A model generated the notes under the pieces. That model was not told the origin of the DNA. It did no database searches and was given only the letters and a program-made list of their open reading frames with translations. The position numbers were made by a program, and so were the translations under genes. Positions 58,991 to 64,000 of a stretch of DNA of 64,000 nt are shown in pieces (positions within the stretch are counted from its first letter, which is position 1; every line of letters starts with the position of its first letter). The stretch comes from the human T2T-CHM13v2.0 reference genome, Homo sapiens: NCBI RefSeq assembly GCF_009914755.1, contig NC_060927.1; one strand, 5' to 3'.

Positions 58991-59934
58991 TAACCCTAGC
59001 CCATGCTGTGGGGTGGGTTCTGTCAACACTGTTGATTGCTTTGATCACCTCCTCTGTCCCTGGCATATCTAGTGAGTTTCTTGGATATATGCGCAGATGG
59101 ACTCAGTGCCATCTAGCTGGCTTCAGTCTGCCAGGCCCATCCTCGGGGAACTCTGGGAAATGGAGTCTGACCTTGCAGGAAGTAAGCACAAAGACAGGCT
59201 CTGAAATGTTTCCCCTCACAAAACAACACTTACCTGGGCCAATGAAATCATTTTTAGAAAACATATTATCTATCAAGAAGTTGTAGGTATAATCATTTAA
59301 TTCATTCAAACTACATTCTGTGAAAGGATGATTTCCTGATCCTAGTTTTCTTTTTTTCTCCTATCCTCAAAAGTTGGTTTCTTTACTTCCAAAGGAAAAA
59401 TTTATTATGCATTTTCCTTCATTTAAAAAATATTTAACAACTGATTTGTGTGTTGCATGAAAGTTACACATTTCCTAAGATGCATTTGCTATTTTATTTT
59501 CTTTCATTCAAAAATGTGTCAGTAATCTTTTTGTTAACATGAAGATAAAGGATTAGTAATGCAAGATGCAGTTTTCTTGTAACCTTCTTGAAAGCAGACT
59601 ATAGTTTCTTATCTGGCTCCAACATTCATTTTCCTGAGTAGAAAAAAGGTGACTTAAAATGAAATAAACCACATTTGATTCCTAAGAGCTTCGCTAGCAG
59701 GGAAATGTACTGAGAAAGGCAGACTTTCTCGGATTCCTGAAAGCCCCTCTGCTCCCAAGCGAGGGAGTTGACTAATTTTGCATTTTAAAATAGAATAGCA
59801 ATGCAAAAAGAATTGTGAATTGTCTCTCATTTGATCACCAATCAGAAGATATCAATAATTTTTTTCCTTGAAAATTCAGGCTGCTGAAAAAAAATCACTG
59901 AGGTGTAAATCTTTATGATTTCATTTTAAAATTA

Positions 59935-60249
59935 TATTTATTTATTTTTAGAGATACGATCTCACTCAGTCACCCAGGCTGGCATGCAGTGGTGTGATCA
60001 TAGCTCACTGCAGCCTTGAACTCCTGGGTTCAAGAGATCCTTTTTCCTTAGACTTTCAAGTACCTAGGACTACCGGCATGCACTATCATGCCTAGTTAAT
60101 TAAAATTTTTTTGTTTTTGTTTGTTTTTTTGTAGAGCTAGAGTCTCACTGTATTGCCTAGGCTAGTCTGGAGCTCCTGGCCTCAAGCAATCCTCCTGCCT
60201 TACCTTCCCATAGTGTTGGGATTATAGGTGTGAGCCGCTGCTCCTGGCC
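59935..60249 (-). mobile_element. AluJ
   Basis: gtgatcatagctcactgcagccttgaactcctgggttcaag ... gtgtgagccgctgctcctggcc. Confidence 0.85.
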
Positions 60250-62779
60250 TAAAATCTTATTTTATTTACTGCGTGCCCACTCTGAGCAAGGAACTAAGCA
60301 AGGTGCTAAGAACATTCAGAGAGAAAGAAGAAAAGCCTCTACTCTTGATGAGTCATATCCACTCTCCTTGGCCCTTGATGATGGAACAGGCATATGTGGG
60401 GAAGAAAAATACAACACATGGTTTTCACTCCCAACTGCAATGTTCAGGCATGAGTAGAGGAAATTTATAGGTCTTTTATGTTCTTTTATAGACGGTTGAG
60501 TGAGCTTGCCTCAACCTCCTGTTTTGGTGCGTGTGTATGCAGAGGCGAGGACTTTAGCTTTTGCAGTGTCACCTGGGTGTAGAGAGGGACCTATTTCCCC
60601 CAGAGTCTCAGAGGTCAACTGATCAGGCTGATGGGGCTCCTGAAGCCTGTGGTGAACCCTCACATGTGCTGATTCCACAGCAGTAACATCCAGCTTGATG
60701 GACGCTCATGACTATGTCACCACACAGTGTCCAGAGCAAGCCCAAGGCATTTTAAAGTATGAACCTTCAGTTCAGCATGGCATGCAGCTGGCCTCGCTTG
60801 TGCTAGGCTCTGGCCTGGGCCCTGGAGGAACACAGGTGAATGAGGCCTGCTCCCTGATCTCCAGGAAATACTTTCACCATATAATAAATGTTAGTATGGA
60901 GGTGAGTACTGGCCCTCCCATGAGGGCCAGAGGAGGGGCACATGGACAACCTGGAGGCTCAGAGAGCGCTTCTTGGAGGAAGTGTTAGTTGAAGTGTTGA
61001 AGGTTGAGTCAGAGCTTTCCAGGTAAGGGAGTGAAAAGGGCACTGCAGGAAAACAAAATAAAATGTGGCAGAAAGTTCCACTTTGTCAGGCCTGGAAAGT
61101 GCCTGTGGTATTTGGTGTAGAGGCTGGCAGTGTGCTTTATGAGCAGTTCTGGGATGTGATGTGTGTGTCTCTTATCCAGAGGATCTGCAGGTGCAGGAGC
61201 TGAATGTTGAGCCGATTCACTGATTGGCTCCATTTTCTCCACTAGGGAGGTGAGGCTTTTTGGCTAAGAGGAGTGGGCGGGAGAAGATGCTGATGGAATG
61301 GGTGAAGACCAGTCGAAGGAGTGCAGACCAGGAAAAGCGGGACGTTGATTTGGATGGGAGGTCAGGCTTCAGGCAACTGATGAGACTGATTAAGTCTCAT
61401 TAGTCTCATCAATTTTGCTGGCCAGGAGAAATGGAAATGCAGGAAGCACAGGAGTAAGGAGCTTAATGAAAGGGGTTCTGATAATCAGCCTGTATTCTTC
61501 CCAGGGTAAGGCAGGAAGTGAGACCTGTAGAGGGTTAATAAGCTGGAGAAGCCAGAGGGATCAAGGCCCTCTTGGTCTTCTTCAAAATGCAAATATCCAT
61601 GAAAGGGGCAACTGAAGAAGCCCCTAATGTTTTTAAACTTGAGTCCACTAGGACTTTTTTTCTGCAGGCTTGGAGAGTCTGGAGCCATTGTGAAGCCTCT
61701 GGTAAGGAAGGGGAAGGGAGAGAGAGTGTGATGGTGATGGCTCTTCCTCCCTGCTGAGTCCATTGAGCTGTTTGTTTATTTATTTATTTATTTCTGGATT
61801 TAATGAAAGTGTTCTCTGTTACCTTGAAATGAACCAGAAATTGTCTGGGAGGCAGCTATGTTAGGCTAGAAACAGCTCTAAGTACTGATCTGTTTGGGGC
61901 AGGAAATGCTCAGACACGAATAACAAAGCAGACTGGATCAAAGAGATGAGACCAGGGAAGGAAGTTAAAATAGGTGGGTCTTGAGAAGAGTATTTCAGAA
62001 AAGAAAGTGTCAGGTACAGTGTAGGTGTTAAGTAAAGATTCATTGAATTCAATGCAATTCAACTGTAGGCTCCCGGAGGAGGTTGGAGTGCTTCTCAGAG
62101 AGGGCAAACTCATAGCAGGAGCTGTTCAGCAGAAGCCTCAGAACCTGAGACAGGATCCCTGCCTTTGCTGTCACAGTCATGGGCTGCTCCTCTGCACACA
62201 CCTCACCCTTATTAGACTGGGCCTTCTGAGGCCAAATGCCGTCTATTTTGTTCTCTGTCCCCTCAGCACCCAGCCTGACACCCATTCATAAATAAATGCC
62301 TCACCCAGAGTAGGTTCCATTTTTGAGAAACCGGACTAGAAACAGGCGGAGAGAGGAAGAGAACAAGACCCTTTGCTTGGGGCTAGAGGAGGGCTGGCTG
62401 GAGAGGAGGGCAGAGGCCGACACCTTGCGACTTGTCCATCATGCTGTAGCTGGAAGTATTTCGCCCACCAGGGAAGGAGCTAATGTAAGCAGGAGAGTTA
62501 TTTTGAAATACAGAGAGGCAGTATAGTGGGACAATGGATATTTATCAAGATTTTTTTCTCCCTTGCCCAGTGGTTCCCAAACCTCTCTGTCCCCACTATT
62601 TCCACCCTTCTGCCCCGTGACCTTTCTCCTCTCTCCTGCACAGTCTGCCATATTCATTAAAGGAAATATACAAAGGAACACAGAAAGAGTCAAGCCTTGG
62701 ATGTTGAGTTTCAAATACATTTAAAAAAACTCCTAACAAAGACAACATTCTTGAGAGCCAATGCTTTCAAATATATATA

Positions 62780-62807
62780 TGATATATATTTTATAAAATA
62801 TATATCA
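62780..62807. repeat. Perfect 28-bp AT-rich palindrome
   Basis: tgatatatatttta|taaaatatatatca is its own reverse complement. Confidence 0.95.
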
Positions 62808-62852
62808 AAAGAGCAGGTCCTAAAGGAAGCTGGAAATATAATTCATCACAAA

Positions 62853-63890
62853 TCAGTGGTTCTCAACCCCATCAAACCCAGCAGACTCCCTTTTTCTTTT
62901 AGTTCAACCTTTCTATTACCAAAAATTTCAAAAATCCACACCAGTTGACTGAATAGTAAAATGAACCCGATGTAGCCATCATCCAGCTTCAACAATTACT
63001 GATACGTGCTACCTTTTGTTTTATCTCTACCTGACCCACTCTACCACCCTGATGATTTCAGGGCAAATCATAGCATTTTATCTGAAAATACTTCTGGATG
63101 TAATCTTTTAAAATAAAGTACTCGTTTAGAAAACATAACCTCAATATGATTATTACACTAGAGATAATTAATAATAATTCCTTAATTACCATGTTCATAC
63201 TTCCCTGAGTAACTTATACATTTTTGACAATTTGTTTGAAACCCCTTTTTATAATGGGTACTTTGCAAAGTCCCCTTTATTATCCTCAGATAAAACCAAT
63301 AGGTAAATCTGATCTACTATGTAATTTAACGATCAATATAACACCCTAACAGATATAAAGGAAAAACAAAATAAAAGCTACTTAAAACATATGTTTCAAC
63401 ATTTAAGTGCTTAGACACCAACCGCTACAGTAGAGAATATAGTAATGTAGTTCTATGCTTGAACGTGAACATTGAGCCACAGTGAATATCACGGCCTTGA
63501 ACACAGACTGATCTAGAGGTGTTATGTGGTGATTTAAATATCATAAATGGTATTGCCATTGGTACATACTTTTTCTGAAATGAATAACTCCTGAGAAGGT
63601 CTCTAAAAAAGAGGGTTCAACCTTTTCCTGATTTATATTATTGTTGCTGTCCTAGAAAATTCAGTGTATATTTTATGTTTAAAGTGTGCAAAAATTTCTG
63701 TGTGTTTATATGTAAAATGGAATTAGGCCCTGAGTGCAAATAATTATAAGTGATTTTTAAACCTATATGACTGTCTGGGAAAAGTACTCAAGTCATGCGG
63801 GATGCAGAACAATTCTTTATTGGTGGGACCATCCCAAGCATTGTGAGATGTCTTTTATTCTTGGCTCCTGCTCACTAAGTGCCAGAACTA
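62853..63890. mobile_element. hAT-Charlie element (MER20B/Charlie-like) interrupted by an L1M fragment at ~62890-63240
   Basis: Starts cagtggttctcaacccc and resumes at ccccttttt (63242). The L1M antisense 3' end lies between. Confidence 0.5.
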
Positions 63891-64000
63891 TTTTAGAGTA
63901 ATAGAGATTGAAGAGACTTGAGAACTAAATTCAATATATGATCCTTAATTGAATCCTGGATGGAACTATAAACCAGCTGTAAGGAATATTACTGGGATAA

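Overview
Primate (human: it carries a pre-Ta L1HS) non-coding DNA, intergenic or deep-intronic, dominated by interspersed repeats: L1PA/L1PB/L1M LINEs, L2, CR1/L3, MIR, 14 Alu/FLAM copies, MaLR/ERV solo LTRs, and hAT/Tigger DNA transposons. I could not identify any host protein-coding exon, RNA gene or CpG island. The only long ORF (617 aa, 24757-26610, minus strand) is the C-terminal half of L1 ORF2p inside a young, 5'-truncated pre-Ta L1HS with a 16-bp TSD. Points of interest: (1) the L1HS junction creates an in-frame ATG in good Kozak context, and its A-tail is compound and transduction-like; (2) a ~85-bp polyadenylated ERV-LTR fragment retroposed with TSDs; (3) a probable ancient L1MA 3' transduction block; (4) a deletion-inversion-deletion scar in an old L1; (5) one target site reused by an L1 and then an Alu; (6) an AluYd copy; (7) a clean + to - switch in Alu orientation; (8) CTCF-like motifs. 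I found no convincing new gene system. Repeat family names come from recalled consensus sequences and need RepeatMasker/Dfam confirmation; boundaries of old elements are approximate.
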